Source: Candidatus Bathyarchaeota archaeon
GTDB lineage: Archaea; Thermoproteota; Bathyarchaeia; Bathyarchaeales; Bathycorpusculaceae
NCBI GenBank assembly: GCA_963717465.1
Contig: OY970340.1
Coordinates: forward strand, 2,272,001-2,336,000
DNA length: 64,000 bases
Direction: 5' to 3'
Shown here: piece by piece, positions 31,673 to 42,350 of the stretch
Layout of the letters: every line of letters begins with the position of its first letter
Numbering within the stretch: the stretch's first letter is position 1
Notes under the pieces: generated by a model
Databases searched by the model: none
What the model saw: the letters and a program-made list of their open reading frames with translations, nothing else
What the model was told of the DNA's origin: nothing
Position numbers and translations under genes: made by a program

Positions 31673-33331
31673 TTACCATGCTTTTTTGCCTGGTGCAAAC
31701 TCCAAATCATCAAATCTAAATGCCTTTGCAGGACAATTTAACTCGCATTTCATGCATGCATGCCCCGTGCAACGTTCACTGGAGACTTTTACGATATATT
31801 GCCCGTCTTTCTCTTCGATTTTAAGCGCCCTTGACATGCAGTTTTGTTCGCATGTCTTGCATCCAGTGCAACCTTCAAACATGGCTTTTAGCACTATGCC
31901 AGCATGCTCGATTATATGCAAACCTTTCGGACCAAAATCAGCTATATCCCTGATAACGATTCTGTGGACGTTTGCATCGTTTCTATGACCAGGATAGTGA
32001 GGAACTTTAAATCGTGTTTCAGTCATAACCCTTCTTTCTTGAGTTAGACCATGTTCCCAATGATCCATTTCTATGATGTATGCCTTTTTGAAGACTTCAT
32101 CTTTGATAAAGGCGAAATACGTCGGTTTCATCGCGTCGGCCATTTCCTGCATTCGATCAAGCCATTCTGGATTTACAGCGCAATCGTCAGCCATCGCTAG
32201 TGAAGTGTTTCCAACTTGGTAAATGTCATTAACAGTTGGTACAACTAAGCCCATTTTTTGGGCTTTTACGGCATCTACGTATGTTCCGCTTGCACCGCAA
32301 AGATACATAGCTTTTATGTCTTCAAATGCTAATCCGCTTTTTTGAACCAGTGCAACGTGTCCAGCTTTGAAAGCGGCAAAGCAGCGTGTTGAGTTCAAGT
32401 AGTCCTTTTGGGTAAAAATAATGTTCTGGTCTTTAACTAAATGAAGAGAATTGTCTGGCGTCAAGATGTAAGGTGGAAGACGCTTAAGTAAGCCAACGTC
32501 AAAACCCACGGCCATCGTTGCAACAGTTCCAGTTCCAGTTATGCCTCTTGGCTCAAAATACGTCTTTGTTTTTTCTTGAACCTCACCGTTTTGAGGATTT
32601 GCGATAAAACTGTCTTGTGAGATCAAGTCGTTATCTAGCACTTGAACGTTCCAATTACTATCGGTCGAAGCATTGATATCTGAAATAGCTCCCGGTGAAG
32701 CAATGACGCCTTTTTCTATTTCGCCGCCTTCGATTGCTGGTCCTGCTGCGCATGAGCCGGTGTATATTGTGTCGCCGACTTTTAGCCCGATTTCAGCGTT
32801 TGTGCCGTAGTCTGTTACCATGCAGGTTTGTTTTTGGTCAAGGATTCCTGATTTAATGAGCATTGCTAGGGCATCTGCGCCGATTTGCTGTTGGATAGTG
32901 GGTGGTATGTATACTTCGGCTTCGGGATTAATTGCTAAGCCTAATGCACCTGCATCCATTACTGTGGCTCTTCTATCGATGCGCTTTACGTTTAGACGCT
33001 TAAGCATGTTATCTCCGCCGAAGACCAAGTCTCTTAATTCTATTCCTTGAAAAATTGACATTTGAGTGGGGTTACCGCACAGAGCCATGCGTTTCACGGC
33101 TTTAAGGTCAACTTCTAAAGAATTCAGAAGAGAATTTACTGTATTAGCAACTATGCCGTGGGCAACGCCGGATCCTGCTTTTACTGCAAACTGCAAGTGA
33201 TCCAGAACGTTTCCTCCTGGGAGAGGATTTCGCAAAGATATGGCGGTTGATAAAATCTTCTTTGTTTCAGCATCAAGGACCTGCAGTCGAAGTCCACTTG
33301 TTCCTATATCTAAACCGATTACCAGCTCCAA
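31673..33331 (-). CDS. ramA: ATP-dependent corrinoid protein reductive activase (RamA family)
   Basis: GLDIGTSGLR, NPLPGGNVLDHL, IGADALAM, TDYGTNAE, AAGPAIEG, GASGTYVD, C-terminal 2x[4Fe-4S]. Confidence 0.92.
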   Translation of the reverse strand: MELVIGLDIGTSGLRLQVLDAETKKILSTAISLRNPLPGGNVLDHLQFAVKAGSGVAHGIVANTVNSLLNSLEVDLKAVKRMALCGNPTQMSIFQGIELRDLVFGGDNMLKRLNVKRIDRRATVMDAGALGLAINPEAEVYIPPTIQQQIGADALAMLIKSGILDQKQTCMVTDYGTNAEIGLKVGDTIYTGSCAAGPAIEGGEIEKGVIASPGAISDINASTDSNWNVQVLDNDLISQDSFIANPQNGEVQEKTKTYFEPRGITGTGTVATMAVGFDVGLLKRLPPYILTPDNSLHLVKDQNIIFTQKDYLNSTRCFAAFKAGHVALVQKSGLAFEDIKAMYLCGASGTYVDAVKAQKMGLVVPTVNDIYQVGNTSLAMADDCAVNPEWLDRMQEMADAMKPTYFAFIKDEVFKKAYIIEMDHWEHGLTQERRVMTETRFKVPHYPGHRNDANVHRIVIRDIADFGPKGLHIIEHAGIVLKAMFEGCTGCKTCEQNCMSRALKIEEKDGQYIVKVSSERCTGHACMKCELNCPAKAFRFDDLEFAPGKKAW

Positions 33332-33344
33332 TTTAACCCACCTT

Positions 33345-33827
33345 TTAAGGTTCTACTTTTACTTCGGTTCTTAAATCTATTTTAGTTCCTGCTTCAAGAG
33401 CACGTAGAGCAAAACTGTACGACTTAACAAATTTTCCGCAACGCATGGCCTTTTCTCTTTTTTCTTCACTATCAACTGTGACATGAATAATCGCGTTAAT
33501 ATTTTCCAAAAAGTATCCGCTAACCATCGTCGATTTAACATCAGCTTCGACAGACACTTTCAGATCCTTTATGTCTAAACGCATTCTCTCTTTTGCATAC
33601 AGAAAAGTTGTTAGAATACAACCTCCAAAACCCGTAAAAAAAATTGAACATGGACTTGGCAAATCCCCTTTTCCACCAAACTCAGTAGGCTTATCTAAAC
33701 TTAACGTGTACTTTAATCCTTGAACAGAATCCCCAAAACGAGCATTTCCACCTGATTTCTTATCCCATTCCAACTCAGAAACATATTTTAAGTCACTAGG
33801 AACACTGCTTCTAATATTATCAGACAA
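33345..33827 (-). CDS. OsmC-family protein
   Basis: LDKPTEFGG...PSP...GCILTTF; the second conserved Cys (YC) appears replaced by Ser. Confidence 0.8.
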   Translation of the reverse strand: MSDNIRSSVPSDLKYVSELEWDKKSGGNARFGDSVQGLKYTLSLDKPTEFGGKGDLPSPCSIFFTGFGGCILTTFLYAKERMRLDIKDLKVSVEADVKSTMVSGYFLENINAIIHVTVDSEEKREKAMRCGKFVKSYSFALRALEAGTKIDLRTEVKVEP

Positions 33828-34106
33828 GTTTCTTCCTCTCCTCAGGATCTAGCTTCATACCTAATTTATTCCGATTAATTCCCCAAATAAGGTGCACTCT
33901 AACCTTTTTTCGATTTTGCTTTATAGAAAATAGAACTATATTAAAAGCTTTGGTAAGTCACAAACGAAAATAGCTACACTGAATGAAGTGAGAATAATGG
34001 GCAATTGGCTCGAAAAGCAAAATTCATTGAACCAATCAGTAAAGCAATGTTCAAGAACAAAAACAAAAAAAGTTTAAGCTTGAGAAAAGAGGAGAATGCG
34101 ACTCCA

Positions 34107-35000
34107 TTACGAGCATGATTCAATGATCCTGTTGTTTATCAGGAATTGTACAATATCAGAAGCGGCTGCCTCGGGAGGCTTCTCAACGATTTTGGAACTT
34201 CCTCCTGATTTGGAATCTTTACTGCCGCCTTTCATGAGCATTTTCATTCGTTCGTGGGCGGATAGATTTGCACTCGGGCCTTTAGCGGCAACTCCACCTT
34301 TCTTTAATCTGGGTTTTGGTTGAGAGTAACTTAGGACCTCAACCATTGGTTTAATGCTGCCAGGTTCTACACCTAGTGATTTAGCATCAAGCTTAGTTAT
34401 CTCCTTCTGGTTGGCTGAGAGAGTTTTTGTGATCGAAATGTATCTTGGTTCGTTCAATTCCTCATCGACGGTAAACACTGCGGGCAGAGGACACTCTATT
34501 ACTTCTCTATCTATATTTGCAACGCGTCTTGAAATAGAGGCCTTTTTCTTATCGGAGGAAATCTCCAGTTTTGTGATGGCAGGAACATGTGGAAGTTTCA
34601 AGGATTCTGCAATACCTGCTCCAACATAACCATTACATTCATCGATTGACATTTTGCCACACATAATCAGGTCATAAGATAACTTGCTAATGGCGTTGGC
34701 GAGAGCAACTGAAGTTGCATATGCATCAAAATTCTTAAAACTGTCATCCGAAAGAAGAATTGCTTTATCCGCACCCATTGCTAAACAGCTTCTCAACACC
34801 TTTTCAGCTTCAGGTGGGCCCAGGGTAATTACTGTAACCTCTCCATCGCCCAGTTTATCTCTGATTCTAATTGCCTCCTCAAGGGCTACTCTGTCGTAAG
34901 GGTTAATCATGTAAATAACATCTTCAACAGTGTTTGTTGCAAGGTCAAATCGGACAATATCTGGGTGAGGAACCTGTTTGACACAAACTATTATTTTCAC
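34107..35000 (-). CDS. etfB: Electron transfer flavoprotein beta subunit
   Basis: IVCVKQVP, NPYD..ALEEA, AMGAD, CGKMSID, NEPRY. Confidence 0.95.
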   Translation of the reverse strand: MKIIVCVKQVPHPDIVRFDLATNTVEDVIYMINPYDRVALEEAIRIRDKLGDGEVTVITLGPPEAEKVLRSCLAMGADKAILLSDDSFKNFDAYATSVALANAISKLSYDLIMCGKMSIDECNGYVGAGIAESLKLPHVPAITKLEISSDKKKASISRRVANIDREVIECPLPAVFTVDEELNEPRYISITKTLSANQKEITKLDAKSLGVEPGSIKPMVEVLSYSQPKPRLKKGGVAAKGPSANLSAHERMKMLMKGGSKDSKSGGSSKIVEKPPEAAASDIVQFLINNRIIESCS

Positions 35001-35012
35001 ATGAATCTCTCC

Positions 35013-36026
35013 TTAACTTTTTGGCGCTTTCTCCTTTAATGCTCGTAACTGTTTTGTCAATGCAGGCACAACCTGTTGAACGTTCCCAACTATCCCAATA
35101 TCAGCTATCTTGAATATTGGTGCGCTCTTATCCTTGTTAATTACAACCGTAAACTTGGAACCGCGAACACCGGACAAAAAGTGCCCTGCTCCAGAGACGC
35201 CGCATACTAAATCAAGCGTTGGGGAAATGTCTTTGCCACTAGATCCTATTTTGCGTTCATGATCTACCCATCCTGCATCTACTGCTGGCCTGGATCCACC
35301 TATAGATGCTCCTAAGACATCTGCCAAGTCTTCGATATTCTTCATGTTTTCTGCTTTTTCGACGCCTCTTCCAACTGCAATCACCATATCAGCTTCAGAA
35401 ACACTGATTGTTCGTGGGTTGGCTTTCTTATAATCGATAAAAGTAGTCTTAACTGTATCAGGACTGAGATTCAGTTCCTCGTTAATGATTTGGAGTTTCT
35501 TTGGCTCGGCAACTTTATCTAAATCCAATCCTTTTGGATCAACCGTTGCCACTAATGTTTTTTCATACGTTGGAACAATCGTAGCGTGAACGTTTCCGCC
35601 ATAAGCAGGTTTGCGACCTACAATCTGGCCCTTATCATTTAAATCAAACTCAATGCAGTTCGCCAATAAACTTACTTTAAGCGCTGCAGCAACTCTAGGA
35701 GCTAACTCACTACTAACAGACGTAGCTCCAAAAAGAATGACTGCTGGATGGTACTTCTTAGCTAAATCGGAAAGAACCTGCGCATAAGCGTCACTATTAT
35801 ATCTCTCTAAAATTTTGTTTTCTACAAGAAATACTTTATCTACACCGTAAGGACTAAGGGTCTCAGCAAGGTTTTGAATTCCATTCCCAATCATGACAGC
35901 ACAAATTTCTTTCCCAAGCTTCTTAGCAAGCGTTCTGCCCTCACAGGCAAGTTTAAGAAAACATTCAGGTATCTTTCCATCCTTCTGCTCAATAAATACC
36001 CACAATTCACCGCTATTGTCCACCAC
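35013..36026 (-). CDS. etfA: Electron transfer flavoprotein alpha subunit
   Basis: WVFIEQ, ELAPRVAA, PAYGG, GRG, IGGSRPAVDAGW, INKDKSAPIF. Confidence 0.95.
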   Translation of the reverse strand: MVDNSGELWVFIEQKDGKIPECFLKLACEGRTLAKKLGKEICAVMIGNGIQNLAETLSPYGVDKVFLVENKILERYNSDAYAQVLSDLAKKYHPAVILFGATSVSSELAPRVAAALKVSLLANCIEFDLNDKGQIVGRKPAYGGNVHATIVPTYEKTLVATVDPKGLDLDKVAEPKKLQIINEELNLSPDTVKTTFIDYKKANPRTISVSEADMVIAVGRGVEKAENMKNIEDLADVLGASIGGSRPAVDAGWVDHERKIGSSGKDISPTLDLVCGVSGAGHFLSGVRGSKFTVVINKDKSAPIFKIADIGIVGNVQQVVPALTKQLRALKEKAPKS

Positions 36027-36125
36027 TTACATATCTCCCCAATATTATTCTATCTGCGCTTAACATGATACTCTACACTAAAATACCAACCTAGGATTTA
36101 ATTAGATTGTTATCCATCCCTGGTT

Positions 36126-36219
36126 TGTATTTCTTGGAAAGCTTGGAAAAAGACTTATATATAGTTTTCTTGATGTATTTCGCGGAAAGCTTGGAAAAAG
36201 ACTTATATATAGTTTTTCT
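36126..36219 (+). repeat. Tandem 48-bp-period duplication of a BRE/TATA promoter
   Basis: GGAAAGCTTGGAAAAAGACTTATATATAGTTTT occurs twice (units start at 36126 and 36174). Confidence 0.9.
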
Positions 36220-36233
36220 GTCGTTAATGAATC

Positions 36234-37362
36234 ATGAATGCCAACGAATTAATCCAAAAAAATGCACTACTTAACTGCGTTCAATGTGGCACTTGCACCG
36301 GAAGCTGCCCAGCAGCCTTGACATCCAAATTAAATGTTCGAAAATCTATGCATAAAATTACTGTTTCTAATGACATAGTTATTCCACCAGATAGCGAATT
36401 ATGGAGTTGCACAACCTGCTCAACATGCAAAAACCGTTGCCCAAGAGGAATAAGTCCTCTAGATGTTATGATTGACCTCCGAAGCAGCATGGTAGAAAAA
36501 GGAGCTATTCCATCACGTATCAGAGACGCTTTAGAAAGCGTGTACATTAATGGAAATCCGTGGCGTAGAAATAGGCGGGAAAGATCAGATTGGACACAGG
36601 GTGTTAACGTTAAACCCTTCGATAAGGACACGGAGATTCTTTTCTACGTAGGCTGTACATCAGCATACGATAGCCGCTCTCAGGATGAGGTAAAAGCATT
36701 AGTAAAGTGTCTAAACAAGGCTCAAGTCAATTTTGGAACACTGGGAAACGAAGAAAATTGCTGCGGGAGTGAAATCTACGGCATAGGGGAGAAAGGATTA
36801 TTCGAGTTTTTGGTCAACAAGAACCTGGAAATCTTTGAGAAAACATGGTGTGAAGCAGATAATAACAGCTTCCCCCCACTGCTATCATACGTTTAAAAAC
36901 AGATACGGAAAAACAAACTTTGAAGTCAAACACTACACACAATACCTTGCAGACCTAATCGACAAAAAGAAACTCGAGCTTACCCGAGATGTAAGCAAAA
37001 CCATTGCTTACCATGATCCATGCTTCTTGGGAAAAATGAACGGAGTTTACAATGAACCCAGAAAGATAATCGAAAGCATTCCAAACATCAAGTTTGTAGA
37101 ATTAGGCAGATCCAGAGAAAAAAGCCTGTGCTGCGGAGGCGGAGGTGGAGGAATGTGGGTTGAGATTCAAGCTAATCCGACAGAACGCATTGAACGACTA
37201 TCAGAAAAAAGAGTTAAAGAAGCCGTAGAAGCTGGAGCAGAATTATTAGTCACATCATGTCCTTTCTGCATCTTAACGTTGGAAGATGCGGTTAAAACAA
37301 CGGGAAACGAAGGCTTAATCCGAGTCATGGACCTAGCTGAATTAGTTTCAGAAGCCATGTAA
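36234..37362 (+). CDS. HdrD/GlpC-like Fe-S oxidoreductase with two CCG domains, frameshift near 36840
   Basis: CVQCGTCTGSCP, CTTCSTCKNRCPRG, GNPW, YVGC, CCG, YHDPCFLG, CCGGGGG, CPFC. Confidence 0.9.
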
Positions 37363-37599
37363 CCATTCAATCCACCCATAACCCAATTTTATTAAACCTA
37401 AATCTCTAATTTCTTCAAAGCAAGCAAGTTTAAAGGGCTAATGCTAAATGATTACTTCTAGCAGTTGAATTACTGAATGAAAAAAGGCGGCATTAAGTCC
37501 GCAAAACTGGACTTCAACAACCGCTGTCCTTGATCATATTAATTATGTTCAAGTGAGTTAAATCTTGATATGCTGCACGCGTGCGTTTGTGCAAATTTA

Positions 37600-37995
37600 T
37601 TAGTATTCAACGTCTGGGAGAGCTTTTGCAAGGTCAGCCATGTGTCCTAAAGCTTTAACATTCTTCATCATCTTGGAGAACGGTCCTTCAATCTTGTATT
37701 TTCCGGTAACTGATGCCTTCTGAGCATTAATAGTACCTTGAATTACTCCAGCCCAAGTTATGTAGTCAGCCTTAAACTTGAAATCAACTGGCTCCTCAGC
37801 ATTCCCCGGCTTAACAGAAACCTTACCATGATCCCACGTAGCAATCCAAGTCATCGGACCAGTATCTGTTGGTTTATCAGTGAAGATATAAGCCCACTTC
37901 TCCGTCATATTCGCCTCATTCATAATCTTATCATCACTCATAGCCTTAGACCATAAATCATAATACGCTTGCGTAGCATACTTTACTTTCGCCAT
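37600..37995 (-). CDS. SCP2 sterol-binding-domain protein
   Basis: DFKFKADYITW...INAQKASVTGKYKIEG...MM. Confidence 0.8.
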   Translation of the reverse strand: MAKVKYATQAYYDLWSKAMSDDKIMNEANMTEKWAYIFTDKPTDTGPMTWIATWDHGKVSVKPGNAEEPVDFKFKADYITWAGVIQGTINAQKASVTGKYKIEGPFSKMMKNVKALGHMADLAKALPDVEY

Positions 37996-38495
37996 CTTGT
38001 CACCTCCTCAACTATCCATCTTCTCAGAGTCGAAGAAATTATGTTGCCAATTAAATATAAGTCTTTGTTAAAATTTATTCTCTTGAACAGCAAAAAATTA
38101 GCCTGATTAGCATGTCTATTGCCTGTTTTCCCGTTGAAAAATGGCAAGTTTTGCAAAAAATAAGCAGTTATATTGAGCATTTAGCAACACGCCCTAAATA
38201 AAATAACAAGAAAAAAGGTTAGATAGCATAAAGATGACGTTTATTGACGCATTAAGACTTAAACAGCATGATTATTCTTGATACCAATAAGCAATTAGGT
38301 CTGTGCACTTTAAAGTTTGATTATTGCCAAGAAAGATTATATTAATGACAATAGCAAGAATCAATGGTAAAATCGTGTTTTTCTAATAGTCAACCTAATA
38401 TAGTTAAATGACGCTTTTAGATGAATATAAAATGAAGAAAGGGCAGTAATTCGAATCTTGCTTTTTCTCTGGTTCTTAAGGGGTAAAGGAAAAAT

Positions 38496-39155
38496 TTGAG
38501 ACATAAAAAATCCACGTTTGAAGATCATTTGGCTCTTCTTTCAGCCGATTGTGACGTTTATCCAAGCGAGGTTCTTCAAGCATTAATTCAAGCTAAAGAA
38601 AACGGCAAATCTGATTGTGAGGATTTAAAAATAGAATATAGGGGTCAAGTTAAAGGAGAATTGATCTTTTTAATAAAGAAAGACACAGATGTGATTGCTC
38701 AATTCAAAGTGGATGAAGATGTTCTTCAAAGGAAAGACACAGTTTTTGAAAATTCCGTGGCTATTGATAAAATTCGCAAAAAAATAGCTAAGCAAAACAG
38801 CGAAACTTCTTTCACAGCAGTACAAGATTTAAAGACGGGCATGAAACATGTTAACGTTAAAGCCCAAGTTATTGATATTCCTAAGCCTTCGCAAGTGCAT
38901 ACTCAATTCGGAAACACAATTATGATGGTTAACGTTTTGATCGGTGACTCTACAGGAAGAATCAAACTATGTCTTTGGGAAGGACAGATCAACTCAATAT
39001 CCAAAGAAGCCCACCTGGAGATTAAAAATGCACAAGTCTACACTTTTAGGGGCGAAAAGCAACTGCGCCTTGGAAGAAAAGGAACAATAACTGCTTTAGA
39101 ACCTCCAACATTGGCAGCCAAAGAACCTGCCTCACCAATAATTTTAACAAAATGA
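38496..39155 (+). CDS. OB-fold single-stranded nucleic-acid-binding protein with extra N-terminal domain
   Basis: DLKTGMKHVNVKAQV, IGDSTGRIKLCLW, IKNA...FRGEKQLRLGRKG. Confidence 0.8.
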   Translation: MRHKKSTFEDHLALLSADCDVYPSEVLQALIQAKENGKSDCEDLKIEYRGQVKGELIFLIKKDTDVIAQFKVDEDVLQRKDTVFENSVAIDKIRKKIAKQNSETSFTAVQDLKTGMKHVNVKAQVIDIPKPSQVHTQFGNTIMMVNVLIGDSTGRIKLCLWEGQINSISKEAHLEIKNAQVYTFRGEKQLRLGRKGTITALEPPTLAAKEPASPIILTK

Positions 39156-39407
39156 GATGTTTTTCGTTCCGCTTTTCCGTTCTAAAGCTTTATCCTCCAA
39201 CTAAATATTGATTACATAAAAAATGAATTTGAAATGAATTGAACGAAGACTTTGGAGCCAAAAGTCTTATTGTGCGGCCTAAATCAGCAAAACAAACAGT
39301 TTTATATCAAAATTTTGAAACAAAAGATAAAAGCAACAGAAATTGCATGGTTTAATTTAGTTTTAAAGAATAAGCCCTCTACTTTATAAAGAATTGGAAT
39401 TTAGCAA

Positions 39408-39746
39408 TCAAGCGTTAGATGGCGAAAGCCTTTTTTGGGGGATGTATGAGAATTCGTAAACTGTGACTGTCTGATCGGGGTTCCAGCTTCCGTTTATCTT
39501 AATCCAGCATTGGCGGAATTCATCCAAACAGTTAAACCCTTCTTTTCGGGCTTCGCTTTCGCTGACATCACAAAGATGCTGATGAAATTTTCTAGTTATT
39601 TTAATTATGCCTTGACCTTTATCATAATAACTGATTTTTACTTTATAGATTTTGCCGACTTGCCATTCACGTTTATGTGTTCGGCGTGTTTGAGTTTTCC
39701 TACCAGCCTGGACTAAACGGATTAAGTCTTTTTTGAAGAGCGCCAT
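39408..39746 (-). CDS. ASCH-domain protein
   Basis: GRKTQTRR, EARKEGF, W.KING.W...VYEF. Confidence 0.88.
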   Translation of the reverse strand: MALFKKDLIRLVQAGRKTQTRRTHKREWQVGKIYKVKISYYDKGQGIIKITRKFHQHLCDVSESEARKEGFNCLDEFRQCWIKINGSWNPDQTVTVYEFSYIPQKRLSPSNA

Positions 39747-40016
39747 AAATTCACTGATCCTCTGAGCGGTCTTAAAATAAAAAATTTCGGTTGAAAACCG
39801 GCTAAATTGTTTTTTATTTTAGGGAGACACAATAAGAGCTTTTAGGTTTATGACCGCACTTAAAATTAAAAGCAACGAAAGAAGGGCTTGAAAATATTCG
39901 AACATATAATGATGGCAAAATAAAGGTATTTAACTAAAAATAAAAGTGCCGTAGCGGGCAAACAACAAGTTTGTCCCACTTTCACAGCTTAGACAAAACT
40001 AACGTTACTTTCTTGA

Positions 40017-41201
40017 CTACGCTTTCCTGAAAAAATACCAGAAAAACACAATCGAAAGGAAATAGAATATACCTGAAATGAAGAAAGGTGCCGCCAAAAG
40101 GCCCAAAGCCATCAAATAGGCGCCTACAAAACTACTTAACGCATTGGGTAAACTCCAAACTGCAGAACTTACCCCTGAAGCTGCTCCCCGCTCATCCTCG
40201 CTGACGATGCCCATTATCAAAGATTGCTCTAGCGGAGTCGAACTATTGATCAAAAAGCTCCTAAACGTATACGCAACCCCAGCTCCAACATAACCAGACG
40301 ACAAAGGAATAAGGAACATGAAGACTGTGGAAAAACCTTGCGTAATCGTAATCGCCCTAACCATCCCCACTCTGGCGGCAAGCCATGGCCCAGCTAGCGC
40401 AGCAAAACCCGTAACCAAACTTGACAACCCCAATATAGGTCCACTTATTGCGTCGGTGATGCCGTACTGCAATCCGAACCAAGCCGCCATTAAGGGAATC
40501 ACCATTCCAGCACCGAAAGCTACCAATCCGCTTGACAAAACATACTTTCCTAGTGGGTCCTTAGATTTGTGCGGAAGCATTTGCCTCCAACTAACTCCAT
40601 GTCTCTTCGCCTTTTGAGGTTCGTCTATCCTAAACATAACAAATGTCGAAGACAAACTGAGAATCGCTAAAATCACGTATAGTAATATGTGCCCTTCACG
40701 GTTAGTGAAGCCAACCGACTCAAAAAGAACAACTATTGGAATAATTAGGCTACCCACACCAAACGCTGTACTCTCTACAAATCCAAACAGAGAATAGGCG
40801 CTTGTCCTACGGTCTTGGGCTTTATCTGCAAGCAACGCATTCGTTGAAGCTGCGAAAGCCGCCTCAGCAATCCCTTCGGCAACTGCAGCCACCAACAAAA
40901 CAGCAATATTGGTTGTTAACACAAAAACCGCAATTATGGCGCTCGCCAGTACGTTGCCCACTATATGGAGCCTCTTTCTGCCATACTTGTCTGCTATGAC
41001 ACCCAAAGGGATACTTGCAGCAAAAGCAGATATACCCATGAGTGTGACGATTAGACCCATTAACGTAATAGATAGACCTTGTACTGAAGTGAGAAAAAAG
41101 GAGAGATCTGTGTAGAACATTCCAAAGGCAACAAAAGGCAATATGGTGGAGTAAATCAGGTATTTAGCATCTTTAGGCAATCCACGATAGCTTTCGAACA
41201 A
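40017..41201 (-). CDS. MFS transporter
   Basis: GVIADKYGRK motif A, about 12 TM helices, ERGAASG. Confidence 0.92.
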   Translation of the reverse strand: MFESYRGLPKDAKYLIYSTILPFVAFGMFYTDLSFFLTSVQGLSITLMGLIVTLMGISAFAASIPLGVIADKYGRKRLHIVGNVLASAIIAVFVLTTNIAVLLVAAVAEGIAEAAFAASTNALLADKAQDRRTSAYSLFGFVESTAFGVGSLIIPIVVLFESVGFTNREGHILLYVILAILSLSSTFVMFRIDEPQKAKRHGVSWRQMLPHKSKDPLGKYVLSSGLVAFGAGMVIPLMAAWFGLQYGITDAISGPILGLSSLVTGFAALAGPWLAARVGMVRAITITQGFSTVFMFLIPLSSGYVGAGVAYTFRSFLINSSTPLEQSLIMGIVSEDERGAASGVSSAVWSLPNALSSFVGAYLMALGLLAAPFFISGIFYFLSIVFFWYFFRKA

Positions 41202-41355
41202 CCTTCTTTGGGCACCTCAGAAATTCAACGTACTTATAGTTAATTAGGTTTTTTCGACTTATCGTTTTCCAATTAACGCGCATTAAAATAAGGAATAAGC
41301 TGCGGAAGGCTTAAGCCCTCCATCTTGTCTTACGTAAAAAGACAAGGTTTTTTGC

Positions 41356-41595
41356 ATGGTCCATAGAAGAGTACGAGGCGGACATTACAAGATTAAACAT
41401 GTTGAGAAGCAATGCCCCGTCGGGTTGGAAGACGAATTAGAAGTAAACATTATTGGCGTGAGCCCAAGTGGAGATGGAATGTCAAAAATTCAGGGCTATG
41501 TCATAATAGTGCCAAGAACCAAGCCAAGAGACCGCGTGAAAATAAAGATAACCAAAGTCGGCAAAAAAGTGGCAATTGGTGAAATAATAAAATGA
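41356..41595 (+). CDS. Stand-alone TRAM-domain RNA-binding protein
   Basis: CPV..EDELEVNI...GDG..KIQGYVIIVP...DRVKIKITKV. Confidence 0.85.
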   Translation: MVHRRVRGGHYKIKHVEKQCPVGLEDELEVNIIGVSPSGDGMSKIQGYVIIVPRTKPRDRVKIKITKVGKKVAIGEIIK

Positions 41596-41890
41596 TTCTT
41601 TCCAGTAACCCGCACGCATAGTGCGCTGGTATGAAGGGGTAAAAGAAACTTCTTTAACAAGGTCTTTGTGCATGATCAATTGCTAGTGTGGCTAATATGT
41701 TATCTCTATTACGCAAAGAAGCGCTAATCAGTAAAAGATTAATCAAGACAATCATCTAAGACTAACCTTTGAGGCACCATTCATCCTAACTTTTTTATCA
41801 ACATCCCAAAACAAGGATTAAAATATTATTAGAACCACACCTAAAACTTTTTGAAGGTCAAAGTTGTTTATTTGACAAGAGTAAATCTTG

Positions 41891-42019
41891 ATGGATAAAG
41901 CTAAAATTAAAGATGACCTGTGCACGTGTGGACATCTTAAAAGTGAACATTCATATTTTTTAGATAAAGTATGTTATAAACCTAAATGTGAATGTTACAA
42001 GTTCGTTTTAAAAGATTAA
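41891..42019 (+). CDS. 42-aa Cys/His-rich metal-binding microprotein (absent from ORF track)
   Basis: MDKAKIKDDLCTCGHLKSEHSYFLDKVCYKPKCECYKFVLKD. Confidence 0.6.
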   Translation: MDKAKIKDDLCTCGHLKSEHSYFLDKVCYKPKCECYKFVLKD

Positions 42020-42104
42020 AAGCAAAAGCTTAATTTTTTATAATGCAACATGACGTTTGAAAGCTTTATGGCGCCTAATTTTTGATATATTGGAATTTCG
42101 TTGG

Positions 42105-42187
42105 AGTGCCTATGATGATAAACACGTCAGTCTGAGCGGGATTTCAGTTCCCGCATTGATTTGATTTAAATCGAATTCTGAGGCGCT
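42105..42187 (+). ncRNA. C/D-box sRNA with a hairpin between D' and C'
   Basis: C ATGATGA 42112, D' CTGA 42132, GCGGGA/TCCCGC hairpin, D CTGA 42178, terminal stem AGTGCC/GGCGCT, following T-tract, TTTATG upstream. Confidence 0.75.
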
Positions 42188-42350
42188 TTTTCTTTTATTT
42201 TTGGCGCACCTTTCCGCTAAGCTACTAAACGCTGAAAGGGTGATTTTTGCGATAAAATCGATATTCCAGCCGAATTTTATGCGCAAAGCTTAAGCTACAG
42301 GAGACCTTAACATCAGTCATTAATGCGAAAAACAGCGGAGAGACCCTTCA

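Noticed and set aside
39773..39821. 12-bp inverted repeat upstream of the ASCH gene
   Set aside because: Composed only of A and T in an AT-rich region, so chance is likely
41596..41650. Self-cleaving ribozyme (twister or hammerhead)
   Set aside because: The conserved catalytic core sequences are not present; kept only as an unassigned structure
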